From assembly GCA_021324975.1 (NCBI GenBank), contig JAJPIA010000069.1, positions 5,020 through 69,019 on the forward strand: a DNA stretch of 64,000 nucleotides, read 5' to 3'. Shown here piece by piece: positions 39,201 through 48,462 of this stretch. Position numbers and translations under genes: made by a program. The DNA is from Bacillota bacterium. Lineage in GTDB: Bacteria > Sysuimicrobiota > Sysuimicrobiia > Sysuimicrobiales > Segetimicrobiaceae. Under the pieces are notes generated by a model that worked only from the letters and a program-made list of their open reading frames with translations, made no database searches and was not told the origin of the DNA. Position 1 is the first letter of the stretch. Each line of letters opens with the position of its first letter.

Positions 39201-40205
39201 CTCGATCCCGAGCTGATGCGCGTCATCACCCCCGGGGAGAGCGACGACCGCGCCGGGCTCTCCGCGATGACGCAGCTCGAACGCGCCAGCGACTCCAACG
39301 TACACTTCCTGCTGCCCCTTCCGCCGGGACTGGACCCGGGCGATCCCGAGCTCTTCGGCTTCTACACGTACGAGCTGCGCATCGGCCATGCCGGGGATGC
39401 TCACGATCACCGCTGGTGGTCCACCGCGCAGGGACGGTTCGGCCGACCCATCCGGGTCAACGGCGTCCAGCATCCCGCGCCGCCGCTGCCGTGCCGCGCC
39501 GGACGCCTTCGCCTCGTGCTTCCGGTCAAAGGCGGGGCTGCCGCCTCGCCTGTCACGCCGTTCCGCATCCCCGCGCAGTTCCTCGATTCGGCGGCGGCGG
39601 CGGTCCGCGCTGCGACGGCAGGTGCCACGCTCACCGCCCACGCGGCATTGCGCCTCGCGTCGCTCGTCGTCGCCACCGCGACGTACGCAACCCCGGTCCT
39701 CGATGGCCGGCCGCTCGTCGGCCCCAATGAGGCGCCGAGGACGACGCTGTACTTCTTCCTGTACGCGCAGGTCGTCCAGGCCGACGGGGCGTCCAACCGC
39801 AACGTCCTGCTGTTCCAGCGCGAGGGCACGTTCTTCGGTCCCGCGCTCGGGGCCGCCGGACGAGCGAGATTCTCCGCGAGCCCGCCGTCGCAGCGCGACC
39901 GCGTCGGCGGCACCGTCTTCACCGAGGTGGAGATCGAAGCCCGGCTGCAGCAACTGGGTCTTCCGGTCGATCTCCCGCTCAGCGTGCTCGCGGTCGAGCT
40001 TCTGCCGGGAGGCGTCGGCAGCGACCTCCCCGCGCCGCGCACGTTCGCGGCACGGCCCGCGGGCGCAGCCACACCTGCCGCGGAGGGGACCACGGCGTCG
40101 GCGGCCGCCGCAAGAGAGCAGAACCCCGACCCGCTCGGCCTCAACAACACGCCACGCCGGATTCTGCGCGCCTCAACGCTGGTCCAGGTCGCCGCGATTT
40201 GCTAG
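36291..40205 (+). CDS. Giant hypothetical protein (~1304 aa), partner of 31587..36224, no recognisable motif, no signal peptide
   Basis: GTG start after GGGAGGGAG SD; 66-bp gap from upstream giant gene; ends ...RILRASTLVQVAAIC. Confidence 0.7.
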   Translation: MADNLRLVVMTFPQRWDPSAATLSVNALLVPAVSPIDDPLVGSALKFADHVPDLRAVVIGSLDVTPKSTDPTAARIVPVIVNPQPAAAPRPGYNKLIAQAQAGAVTISGSGALAGPASSTIRKALPQSYLDAAGAAPGGATATTDEFGCAIRGQTGYTAQPPARTTGWGPILSYALRQPVLATALGLRYELQVKLADPAVFAGGGWLFIEIAAGDPWAQAATPGQIRLYAGRLPALGAAARQLFAAVLFPVDAVGAIDDAAFGVAETYDDGFAKIVHLYQPQANDAVIGDNAGIPAATDAGVQIGWDDEQVVAWQNGQIQIMNDRFAGKLDAQTPLGVLGYRVDVADVTANPSTPAWHSLVPADVELPQGFGHFTGELAIEPTALRPQDPSNPSAVSGDAWLPRYFANWRGGSLVVADPVPKAMLDAAPITATPDPVGVLLAYGRSYAFRVRLADLTNGGPAADDHAINAGQAGVASLDFLRWVPPKKPGIRRDIPSGATIPEALTFMRPLIGYPEALYTALGDTDTHRGQIVEYFTKNAHPGSGVVVGLPDPDVDTLEITIEVRTPLHDVAGDGVLDTPFRELYRATRPFPALPSGPLPADPGLRVDLAYVDAASIVDWAPSQPATGPLVLPRARDVRITARAIGRNDPSYFAPQAATGLPASLILRAEARQEPSLLVSPVDGSSPLRGILFKRPPGVDAPPVAAQLAEELGLIADGLTLAAPPGRRVVFGASKALRHALPGDNSTITFAAESELLRYWVAVLVVDLERDWTWDGLANNSTVTVERDGTTVGSLRVARTLGAAAVADPANWDRRRTRLVFFDAVDPHEQTSSGFPEALTHTWTLSAAIVTETGPQVGVSGSPALKPGAVPEPAAADLNNAGQTVTLPIAVPPAQIPSIASVGLALSPFEAGPGYATTAPRARALWVELAAPVANAAGDALFARVLGHGADPLLYDAQPRTEESAEPPLTLDPELMRVITPGESDDRAGLSAMTQLERASDSNVHFLLPLPPGLDPGDPELFGFYTYELRIGHAGDAHDHRWWSTAQGRFGRPIRVNGVQHPAPPLPCRAGRLRLVLPVKGGAAASPVTPFRIPAQFLDSAAAAVRAATAGATLTAHAALRLASLVVATATYATPVLDGRPLVGPNEAPRTTLYFFLYAQVVQADGASNRNVLLFQREGTFFGPALGAAGRARFSASPPSQRDRVGGTVFTEVEIEARLQQLGLPVDLPLSVLAVELLPGGVGSDLPAPRTFAARPAGAATPAAEGTTASAAAAREQNPDPLGLNNTPRRILRASTLVQVAAIC

Positions 40206-40237
40206 CCCCTGGTCCAGTGTTCGCCGACGATGCTCCG

Positions 40238-42547
40238 CTACCACACGATCGTCACCGAGGCCGGAACCCGCGGTACGCGCAGGAACACAAAATGCCCGCC
40301 GTCGTGCCACCATCCGTCCGGCGCGCCGGGCGCCCGCCGCGTCGCCTCACCCCCGGCGTCGAACCGGATGGAGCGCGGGGACCCCGGTGCGCGCACCTGC
40401 AGCGTGTACGCACGACCGGCGGGAAGCTGCGCCGCATCGCCCCTGGGCGCCGCGATGCGCAGGACGACACTCTCGGCATTGGAGACGCACTCGACATCGG
40501 TGAGCGCGAATCGGCCGCGTTCGTACGCGCGCGTTGCGCCGTCGTCCTCGTACAGGCTGAACGACGACCGCGGCCCAGGATAGACGAGCAAGGTCACATC
40601 CTCGAGCGGCCGTTCGTCATGATACTGCACGGCTGGCCCCATGGGGATGATCGCGCCTTCGCGCACGAACAGCGGCATCCGGCCGAGCGGCGCCGCGACG
40701 GTGACCCCGCGCGGGCCGTCGAAGCGCTCGTGGGTCCAGAAGTCGTACCAGGCGCCGACGGGAAGGTAGACCGGCCAGTGCGTCGCCCCTTCCCGTGTGA
40801 CCGGGGCCACGAGCAGGTCGTCGCCCCACAGGTACTGGCTGGCCAGGTCCAACACGCAGGGGTCGTCCGGGTAGTTCAGCACCAGCGGGCGCATGAGAGG
40901 CAGGCCGAGGCTATGTGCCTGCCAGGCTAGTGTGTACGTGTACGGCATGAGGCGGTAGCGGAGGTCGAGAAAGCGCCGGCAGATCTCCTCGACCTCGGAG
41001 CCGTGCGCCCACGGCACGTGCTCGCGCCAGACGTGGCCGTGCGCGCGGAACACCGGGCAAAACGCCCCGAACTGAAACCACCGAGCGAAGAGCTCGGCGC
41101 TCTCCCGCGGAACGGCGTGGTGGAAGCCGCCGATGTCGGTGCCCCAGTACGGAACGCCGGACATCGCCATGCTGAGCCCGGCGGGCAGCTGCGCCTCCAG
41201 GGTGCCGAAGGTGTTGTTGATATCACCGGACCAGCAGGCGCCGCCGTGGCGCTGCATGCCCGGCCCGCCGGAGCGGCACAGAAGATAGACGCGCCCGTCC
41301 GGGCGATCGGCCGCTTCGCCTTCCGCGAATGCCTCCTGGCGCATCACGTCGTAGCGGTTGTGCACGGTCGTTCCCGGTCCACCGCGCAGCCGCGCCGACG
41401 ACGGCGGTCCCTCGCCGCCGTCGAGCCACCAGCCGTCGACACCGGAGTCCAGGAGCGGGCGGTGGTGCCGCCACCACCACGCCCCCACCTCACGCTGCGA
41501 GAAGTCGAGGTAGCGCTGACCCTCCTGATAGGAGGCCGGCGGTCGCGACTCGCGCCGCGGCGGGGACGCGTATCCGGCGTCGAGCAGGTACTCACGCCGC
41601 TCCGCCTCCGCATAGAGCGGCGAGTCGGGGTGCAGCACGGGATACTCATGCGTCAGGACGTGGAAGTGACGCCGACGGAGCCCGGCAAAGAACGCTTCCG
41701 CCTCCGGCAGGAGCGTGGGCTCGCACTCCAGATGGCCGACGCCGCGATTCCACCCCAGTGCCTCCCCGTACGTCGACAGAAAAATGAGCGCGTCGCACGG
41801 CAGCCGCTTTTCCCGGATGGTGTCCGGTAGCCGCCGAAGCTCGTCCCGGTCACGGAAATGGCGCGAGGATTGCATGTAGCCCAGCGCCCAGCGGGGCGGC
41901 ATCGGCGCGCGGCCGAGGAGGGCGGCGACCTCCGCGCACACGCCCCGGAGATCCGCGCCGCCGAGATAGTAGAGGACGAGCGGGCCGCTCTCGCACTGGT
42001 ACTCGATCCAAAATCGGCCGTCGGATCGGCCGACGTCCAGCGAGCCCGCGGACGCATTGTCGAAGAACAACGCGTACCCGCGCTGCGACACGAGCAGCGG
42101 GATCGAGATATCCGATCCGCAGCCGTGGGCGACGTGTTTGGTCCAGAGACGGCGGGACACACCCAGGCGGTCGAATGGCGGGCCGTTTTCGCCGAGGCCA
42201 TAGAAGTGCTGCTCGCCCACGATCTCGAGGCGCAGGCGAGCATCCGGCGAAAGGCGCACTTCGGTCAGAGGAAGGCGAAGCCGGGGACGTCCGGAGCGAT
42301 CCGCAAATTCGACGCCCCGCGCCTCGGCCGATATGCCGAGCACCAGGGCGCCGGTGTCGAGGACGTCGGGAGACGCGGCCCGGCGAGGCGGCTGCGCGGG
42401 GGCCTGCGGTCGCTCCGGCAGGAACGACGTACCGGCACCCGGCTCGGGCGGCCCGATCTCCACGCGCACCGCGGAGGGACGGACGACCGTGATCGCGAGC
42501 GGCACAGGTCCCACATACGCGATCGCGGCGCCGCGCTCTAGTTCCAT
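40238..42547 (-). CDS. Glycoside hydrolase family 31 alpha-glucosidase
   Basis: GH31 signatures (GVDGWWLDGGE; WSGDINNTFGTLEAQLPAGLSMAMSGVPYWGTDIGGF); ATG at 42545-42547 (residue 278 of long ORF). Confidence 0.85.
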   Translation of the reverse strand: MELERGAAIAYVGPVPLAITVVRPSAVRVEIGPPEPGAGTSFLPERPQAPAQPPRRAASPDVLDTGALVLGISAEARGVEFADRSGRPRLRLPLTEVRLSPDARLRLEIVGEQHFYGLGENGPPFDRLGVSRRLWTKHVAHGCGSDISIPLLVSQRGYALFFDNASAGSLDVGRSDGRFWIEYQCESGPLVLYYLGGADLRGVCAEVAALLGRAPMPPRWALGYMQSSRHFRDRDELRRLPDTIREKRLPCDALIFLSTYGEALGWNRGVGHLECEPTLLPEAEAFFAGLRRRHFHVLTHEYPVLHPDSPLYAEAERREYLLDAGYASPPRRESRPPASYQEGQRYLDFSQREVGAWWWRHHRPLLDSGVDGWWLDGGEGPPSSARLRGGPGTTVHNRYDVMRQEAFAEGEAADRPDGRVYLLCRSGGPGMQRHGGACWSGDINNTFGTLEAQLPAGLSMAMSGVPYWGTDIGGFHHAVPRESAELFARWFQFGAFCPVFRAHGHVWREHVPWAHGSEVEEICRRFLDLRYRLMPYTYTLAWQAHSLGLPLMRPLVLNYPDDPCVLDLASQYLWGDDLLVAPVTREGATHWPVYLPVGAWYDFWTHERFDGPRGVTVAAPLGRMPLFVREGAIIPMGPAVQYHDERPLEDVTLLVYPGPRSSFSLYEDDGATRAYERGRFALTDVECVSNAESVVLRIAAPRGDAAQLPAGRAYTLQVRAPGSPRSIRFDAGGEATRRAPGAPDGWWHDGGHFVFLRVPRVPASVTIVW

Positions 42548-43917
42548 CGACCCTGCATCAGCGGTTTGGCGTCCGCGGCGGCCTGGTCCATTGCCTGCCG
42601 GGCCGACGCCTTGCCGGTCCAGACGCGATCGAACGCCGGGTTGACCGCCTTCGCGTAGATTTGGTTGAGGTTCCGCAGCCAGTATTCCGGCGCCGGGTGC
42701 GGGATGTAGTGCTTGACGTAGGACACGAGTAGCTGCTTGGCGCCGGGCGGATAGACGCCGGGCTTGCCGTTGATCCACGTGTCGGTGGTCGCCGGATCGT
42801 CGTAGTACACACGCTGCGGCGGCATCCACAGGCCGTCCTTGAACAGGTCCACGGCCTTCGGATCGATGTGGTAGCGGTAGAACTGATAGGCCTCGTCCGG
42901 ATGCTTGGTCGAGGCAAAGATCACCCGTGCCGAGGCCACGAGGAGCGACGCCGGGCGCTTGAGGCGCGGGAGCGCGCCCATGTCCCAGCGGAGGCCGTTC
43001 ACGTGGCTGTAGTCCAGCACCTTCCAGTGGCCGTTGAGATCCATGGCCACGCGGCGCGACTGCATCAGGATCTCGGTGGCCGGCATCTGCTGCATCGCCG
43101 CCGGCGTCGGTGCCACGTGATACTTGTGGATCAGGTCCTGGACCCGCTGGACCGCTTCCACCGCCTGAGGCTCGGCAAGCGTGAGCCGGGTGCCGAAGTC
43201 GTTCGCGAAGTTCCCGTAGTTGCTCCACACGAGCGGCAGCCAGCTCGTGGGCGCCGTGTTGATCGCAATCCCGTACGTGGCGATGTTGTTGGGATCGAAC
43301 CGGCTGCTCGTGGCGTCGTTGCCGTTGCGGTCGCGGGTGAGCTTTCGCGCGATCTCGACGAACTGGTCCCACTCCCACGCGTCCTTCGCATCCGAGGGCG
43401 GCGGCGGAACCTTGGCCGCCTCAAAGAGGTCTTTGCTGTAATAGAGCACCGAGATCTCGCCGATCGACGAGCCGACGATCTGGTTGCCGAACCGGTAGAA
43501 CGCGTTGGGCAGCAACTGGGAGGGGTCGGCCTTGATATACTTCGACAGGTCCATAAGCCGGCCGGCCTGCGCGTAGGCGAACGCGACGGCCCCGGTGACG
43601 TATGCCGCGTCGGGAGGATCGCCGGACGCCAGCATCGCCGTCAACTTCTCGGTGTAGGTGTCCCCGGTCGTCGGGATGTACTGCGGCGTGACGTGGATGT
43701 TGGGATGCGACGCGTTGAACGAGGCGATCATGCGTTCCACCCCGTTCCGCTCGTTGATCGACCCCCAGAACACGAAGCGGAGTTCTGCCCGCTCCTCGGC
43801 CCGGGCGCTCCACTCCGCCCGCCGCCCGCCCGCCGCAGCCAGCAACGCACCCGCCGTCGAGGCCCCGGCCGCCTTGAGGAACCTTCTCCTGGTCATCTCT
43901 CGCCGCATGCGTGGCAT
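42538..43917 (-). CDS. Sugar ABC transporter substrate-binding protein with Tat signal (RRRFLK)
   Basis: Tat motif, SBP family 1 features; AGGAGGGG SD 5 nt before ATG at 43917. Confidence 0.85.
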   Translation of the reverse strand: MPRMRREMTRRRFLKAAGASTAGALLAAAGGRRAEWSARAEERAELRFVFWGSINERNGVERMIASFNASHPNIHVTPQYIPTTGDTYTEKLTAMLASGDPPDAAYVTGAVAFAYAQAGRLMDLSKYIKADPSQLLPNAFYRFGNQIVGSSIGEISVLYYSKDLFEAAKVPPPPSDAKDAWEWDQFVEIARKLTRDRNGNDATSSRFDPNNIATYGIAINTAPTSWLPLVWSNYGNFANDFGTRLTLAEPQAVEAVQRVQDLIHKYHVAPTPAAMQQMPATEILMQSRRVAMDLNGHWKVLDYSHVNGLRWDMGALPRLKRPASLLVASARVIFASTKHPDEAYQFYRYHIDPKAVDLFKDGLWMPPQRVYYDDPATTDTWINGKPGVYPPGAKQLLVSYVKHYIPHPAPEYWLRNLNQIYAKAVNPAFDRVWTGKASARQAMDQAAADAKPLMQGRWN

Positions 43918-44198
43918 CGCATCCCCTCCTCGTCAACGCCGCGGTTGTCCGAAATACCGAACGCCGTACGGTATTGGGGCGAGCAACTCTTGGCCGCTCG
44001 CCGGGAGACTTCCTGCCTGGAGAGGGCCGCCCTCACGGATCGTCGAACCGGGTGCGTAGTCGTCGCCATCTTGGAAGCCGTTCGCCGTGCCGGGACACCT
44101 GCGCATCCCTGTCCCGGGCGACGCGCCCCCGCCGAGCGCGGCCGCGATCCCCCGGCGGTGAGGGCGTGACTCGGGCGGCGCGGCGGGTGGAGGTCCCG

Positions 44199-45077
44199 GT
44201 GCGCAGGTACGAAGCGGCGTGGGCGTGGTTCTTTGCGGCACCGGCCGTGCTTGGCTTCGTGCTGTTTGCGATCGGCCCGATCGCGGCGAGCCTGGTCCTG
44301 TCGTTCACCGACTGGCCGATCATCAGCGCGCCGTCTTGGGTGGGCGCAGGGAACTACATCCGGCTCTTCACGCGCGACCCGCTGTTCTGGCAGTCCCTCA
44401 AGGTCACGGCGATCTACGCCGCCACGAGCGTTCCGCTCGGCCTGGCCGTGGCGTTCGGGTTCGCGGTGCTCCTGAACCAGCATCTTCGAGGCCTCGGCGT
44501 GTTTCGCACCGCGTTCTACCTGCCGTCGATCTTTCCGGTGGTCGCGAGCAGCGTGGTCTTTCTGTGGTTTTTCAACCCGGAATTCGGCCTGCTCAACGCC
44601 GGGCTGCGGGCCGCGCACCTTCCGCCCTCGCAGTGGGTCTACAGCTCCGCGACCGCGCTCCCCTCGCTGATCCTGATGAGCCTGTGGAGCATCGGGGGCA
44701 CGATGGTGATCTTTCTCGCGGGACTCCAGGACGTGCCGCCGCATCTGTACGAGGCGGTCGACATCGACGGCGGAGCGACGCGGCACAAGGCGCTCCACGT
44801 GACCATTCCGATGGTCACCCCGATCATCCTGTTCAACCTCGTGCTGAGCCTCATCCACGCGCTGCAGGCCTTCACGCAGGCATATGTCATGACGCAGGGC
44901 GGCCCCAACAACGCCACGCTCTTCTACGTGTTCTATCTGTACCGGACCGCGTTCGCCGATGGCCAGATGGGGTACGCCGCGGCGATGGCGTGGATCCTGT
45001 TCGTCCTGATCGTGGCGCTGACCGCGCTCATCTTCCGCTCCTCGCGCCGTTGGGTCTACTACGAGGGCGAGCGATGA
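44199..45077 (+). CDS. Sugar ABC transporter permease (MalF/UgpA-type)
   Basis: 6-TM permease with EAA-like loop; start chosen at GTG 44199 (GGTGGAGG SD); alternative GTGs at 44166/44187. Confidence 0.7.
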   Translation: MRRYEAAWAWFFAAPAVLGFVLFAIGPIAASLVLSFTDWPIISAPSWVGAGNYIRLFTRDPLFWQSLKVTAIYAATSVPLGLAVAFGFAVLLNQHLRGLGVFRTAFYLPSIFPVVASSVVFLWFFNPEFGLLNAGLRAAHLPPSQWVYSSATALPSLILMSLWSIGGTMVIFLAGLQDVPPHLYEAVDIDGGATRHKALHVTIPMVTPIILFNLVLSLIHALQAFTQAYVMTQGGPNNATLFYVFYLYRTAFADGQMGYAAAMAWILFVLIVALTALIFRSSRRWVYYEGER

Positions 45078-45961
45078 CGGTGGCCATGGCCGCGCGGCGC
45101 ACGACGGGCCGAACGGCCCGGCTCAGCCGGCGTGCCCGCGCGTCCGCCCTGCGGGGCACGGCCTACCTCGCGTGCGTGGCGGGCGGCGCCGTCATGCTGC
45201 TGCCCTTTCTGTGGATGCTTCGCAGTTCGGTCATGGACCCGGCGCAGATCTTCGCGTATCCACCGCCATGGATCCCCCACCCGCTGCGCCTGCGCAACTA
45301 TGGGGACGCGTTCTCCGCCGTCCCGTCGCTCCGCTATCTCCTCAATACCCTCACCATCCTGGTCCCGGTGGTCGCCGGCACGGTGGTCACCTCGGCCTGC
45401 GCCGCGTTCGCGTTCGCCCGCCTGCGCTGGCCGGGACGCGATTGGATCTTCGCCCTCCTCATGACGACGCTCATCCTGCCGTCGGTGGTGATCCTGATTC
45501 CCACATACCTGTTCTGGGCCCGCGCGCATCTCGTGAATACGTTCGTGCCGCTGATTCTCCCGGCGTGGTTCGGAGGCGGCATCTTCAACATTTTCCTGCT
45601 GCGCCAGTTCTTCCGGACGATCCCGCGGGAATTGGACGAGGCGGCGTACATCGACGGCGCGAGCCCGCTCGACGTGTTCTGGTTCGTCGTCGTGCCGGTG
45701 AGCCGGCCGGCGCTGATCACGGTGGCGATCTTCTCCGCGCTCGCGGTATGGAACGATTTCCTCGGGCCGCTGATCTACCTGAACGATCCGAACAAATTTA
45801 CCCTGGCCCTGGGGCTCACGTTCTTCACCGGCGAGTACACGTCGCAGTGGCAGCTCTTGATGGCGGCGGCCATGATGGTCATCGCTCCCGCGGCCGTGTT
45901 CTTCTTCGCCGCGCAGCGGTACTTCGTCCAGGGCATTACGCTGAGCGGCATCAAAGGGTAG
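45074..45961 (+). CDS. Sugar ABC transporter permease (MalG/UgpE-type)
   Basis: ATGA overlap with upstream permease; EAAYIDGAS loop motif. Confidence 0.8.
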   Translation: MTVAMAARRTTGRTARLSRRARASALRGTAYLACVAGGAVMLLPFLWMLRSSVMDPAQIFAYPPPWIPHPLRLRNYGDAFSAVPSLRYLLNTLTILVPVVAGTVVTSACAAFAFARLRWPGRDWIFALLMTTLILPSVVILIPTYLFWARAHLVNTFVPLILPAWFGGGIFNIFLLRQFFRTIPRELDEAAYIDGASPLDVFWFVVVPVSRPALITVAIFSALAVWNDFLGPLIYLNDPNKFTLALGLTFFTGEYTSQWQLLMAAAMMVIAPAAVFFFAAQRYFVQGITLSGIKG

Positions 45962-46157
45962 CGGCCACCCCACCACCCATCACCTACGCTCCGACTTCGA
46001 CTTCTCCCGGCCCGCACGCCCGCCGGTCATCCTATCGGCGCACCCGACGCCGGGTCCGGCTTCAATCCCGTGACCGGCCCCAGCCCCAGCGTGAGCCGAC
46101 GAGATGACGCCGTCCCGCTGCCGCGGTACCCCCCCGACATCGGCATCACGGCGCTGT

Positions 46158-46565
46158 TCAGTTCGTCCCGTCCCTGTCGTCCAGGAGGCGCCGGACCTGT
46201 GCAACGATCACATCCCGGGCCGCCGGGAATCCGTCACTGACGGCTGGCACCTCATCCCAGCGCTCGACGGTAACACCGGGGGGAGCGACCCAGCTGAGGT
46301 TGCAGCCGAACGACACGATGCGCCAAGCCGCCGCCAGCTCCTCAGGAGTCACCTGTCGAGGCCGGTCTCTCATCACATCAAGGCCTTCTTGTAGCAGACC
46401 CTCCCGAACGGGGGCCGGTATCTCCGGTTCCGGATCGACTCCTGCAGCGGTCGCACAGATATTGAGCCCGCGCTCCGCGGCGAGCTGATTTAGGTAGCTG
46501 CTGGCGATCACACTCTTCGCTGCACCGTGGAGACAAACGAACACGACCCTACGAAGCGACGGCAT
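46158..46565 (-). CDS. Low-molecular-weight phosphotyrosine phosphatase/ArsC-like protein with non-canonical P-loop (C-LHGAA-K instead of C-X5-R)
   Basis: VVFVCLHGAAKSVIASSYL at N-terminus, ~135 aa; internal ATG at 46565. Confidence 0.5.
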   Translation of the reverse strand: MPSLRRVVFVCLHGAAKSVIASSYLNQLAAERGLNICATAAGVDPEPEIPAPVREGLLQEGLDVMRDRPRQVTPEELAAAWRIVSFGCNLSWVAPPGVTVERWDEVPAVSDGFPAARDVIVAQVRRLLDDRDGTN

Positions 46566-46632
46566 TGGCACCACCCTCTGTTGAGTAGGCACGCCTGAGC
46601 TCGACGTGTGCACGACCTCAATCTGACGATTG

Positions 46633-47826
46633 TCATTTCACGAACACCCACGTGGGCTTCAGTAGTTCGAAACCAACAAGCCCGATGACCGCCGTGACAG
46701 CCACGAGGAGCGGGTTGCTCACCCTCCACCGGGCCAACGCGACGAGACTGACGAGGCCAATAGCGGCCGTAAACCAGTCCCCGATCGCGACTTTCCCGAG
46801 CAGCACGCCTGCGCCCATGATCGTCCCAATCGCCGCCGCGTAGGCGCCTTTCACAAAGCCTTGGACGTTGGGGTTGTTCCGGTGGCGAATCAGAATCGGT
46901 GCGACGATGAGGATCAGCAGAAACGACGGAAGGAAAATCCCGACCGTCGCGACGATGGACCCCCATAGACCCGCCACCAGGTAGCCGACGAACGTCGCCG
47001 TGATGACAACGGGCCCCGGGCTCAGCATGCCCATCGCGACGGCCACAAGAAACTGCTGACCGTTCAGCCAGCCTGTTTGCTGGACGAGTCCTTTCTCCAG
47101 AAAGGGCACGATCACGAGTCCGCTCCCGAACGTGAGGCTGCCGGCCTTGAGAAAGAAGACGAGCAGCTGCCCGAGGAGCGATCCGGTCGGCGCCGCCGCC
47201 GTCCCGGCTTGTGCGGGCAAAGTAGCCAGAAGGGGAACCGTCGGTGCCGCTGATCGTCTGCGCAAGACCGTCCCGTAACTAAGAATGCCGATGGTGCCTG
47301 AGACGATGAACAATAGTGCAACCTCGGCCCGGACGGCGACGGTCACGATGAAGCAGGCCACGGCGATGGCCCACTGCAGGCGATCCTCCATGCCGAGTTT
47401 GGCCAATCGATAGCATGAGTAGAAGATCAATGCGATCACGGCCGGGCTGACGCCGTAGAAGATGCCTCTGATCGGCGGAAGATCGCCGAAGTGCATGTAC
47501 AAAGCGGCGAGTGCCGCAACGAAGAGAAAGTTTGGAAGAATAAACGCCCAGCCGCCGGCCCACGCTCCCCAGAACCCACCGCGGATGTACGAGATGAAGA
47601 TGCCGACCTGGATGGCGAGCGGCCCCGGCAGGGACTGGCACACGGCGACGCCCTCCCGAAATTCTCCCTTCGTGAGCCACTGCCGCTCCCCGACGAGCTC
47701 CTTTTCCATCTGTCCAACGAGCGCCACAGGGCCGCCGAAGCCAATGGCGCCAAGCCGCAGATAGTACCGGACCAGGTCCCCGATTGCGACCCGGCGTGGG
47801 ATGTCCGCGTGTTCCGCCATCCTCAT
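46633..47826 (-). CDS. chrA: Chromate transporter ChrA (two CHR domains)
   Basis: ~398 aa from ATG 47826; duplicated CHR-domain TM pattern (GAIGFGGPVALVGQM ... GSLTFGSGLVIVPFL). Confidence 0.8.
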   Translation of the reverse strand: MRMAEHADIPRRVAIGDLVRYYLRLGAIGFGGPVALVGQMEKELVGERQWLTKGEFREGVAVCQSLPGPLAIQVGIFISYIRGGFWGAWAGGWAFILPNFLFVAALAALYMHFGDLPPIRGIFYGVSPAVIALIFYSCYRLAKLGMEDRLQWAIAVACFIVTVAVRAEVALLFIVSGTIGILSYGTVLRRRSAAPTVPLLATLPAQAGTAAAPTGSLLGQLLVFFLKAGSLTFGSGLVIVPFLEKGLVQQTGWLNGQQFLVAVAMGMLSPGPVVITATFVGYLVAGLWGSIVATVGIFLPSFLLILIVAPILIRHRNNPNVQGFVKGAYAAAIGTIMGAGVLLGKVAIGDWFTAAIGLVSLVALARWRVSNPLLVAVTAVIGLVGFELLKPTWVFVK

Positions 47827-47914
47827 CTTTCCGGACCCACGGTGCGGGGCCCGCGCTTCTCGGCATCGCGTGGCCGTCGACATTCTCGAGTGGGGAAAAA
47901 CACGCGATGGGCGC

Positions 47915-48355
47915 CTACCGCTTGGCTGTAATCTGCTGCTGGCACCATGCGTACAACGCCTCGTATAGCGGGGTCTCCAGGCGAATTTTTTCGTGATCGT
48001 TGTCGCCGTGCACCAGCGCAAAGCCATGTGCGATCGCTTTGAGGCCGGCTGCTTCAGGGACGATATTGATATCAGCCGCCACGTCCGCGCCGTGAACGAT
48101 CTTCGCCAACTTCTGCAGGGCAGGGTCGGCCAGATTGTACTTGACCATAATTGACTCGAAGCTGCAGCGGCCGTCGATGTGACCCAGCTCCACATCTTTG
48201 ACATCGTAGGGGACCGCCTTCTCCCGGTCGGCCACCACCATGACCTCTTCCGTAGGGACATAAATGAACACCGCATCTTTGTCCACAAACTTTCGGATTA
48301 GCCATGGACACGCAATCCGGTCGACGTTCGCGTTCTTACGCGTAACCCATTTCAT
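47915..48355 (-). CDS. Stand-alone ChrB C-terminal-domain paralog (WVTRxNxxVDRxxCxWLIRxF motif)
   Basis: MKWVTRKNANVDRIACPWLIRKF parallels WVTRPNPHVDRLSCAWLIRRF in the adjacent full-length ChrB; GGAGG SD 7 nt upstream. Confidence 0.6.
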   Translation of the reverse strand: MKWVTRKNANVDRIACPWLIRKFVDKDAVFIYVPTEEVMVVADREKAVPYDVKDVELGHIDGRCSFESIMVKYNLADPALQKLAKIVHGADVAADINIVPEAAGLKAIAHGFALVHGDNDHEKIRLETPLYEALYAWCQQQITAKR

Positions 48356-48462
48356 GAACCCGCCTCCAACACGTCCAATACGTCGTCCTGTGGTCGGGCG
48401 ATCGGAATGAAATATCTATTGCAAATACTACGCAACATATGCTACGCTTGTCAACGTCGAAC

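Noticed and set aside
38346-39953. 535-aa minus-strand ORF
   Set aside because: Antisense to the second giant gene. Arg/Gly/Asp-rich.
44219-45073. 5' 285 codons of the 580-aa plus ORF
   Set aside because: This is an out-of-frame read-through over the first permease gene. The real second permease starts at ATG 45074 (ATGA coupling).
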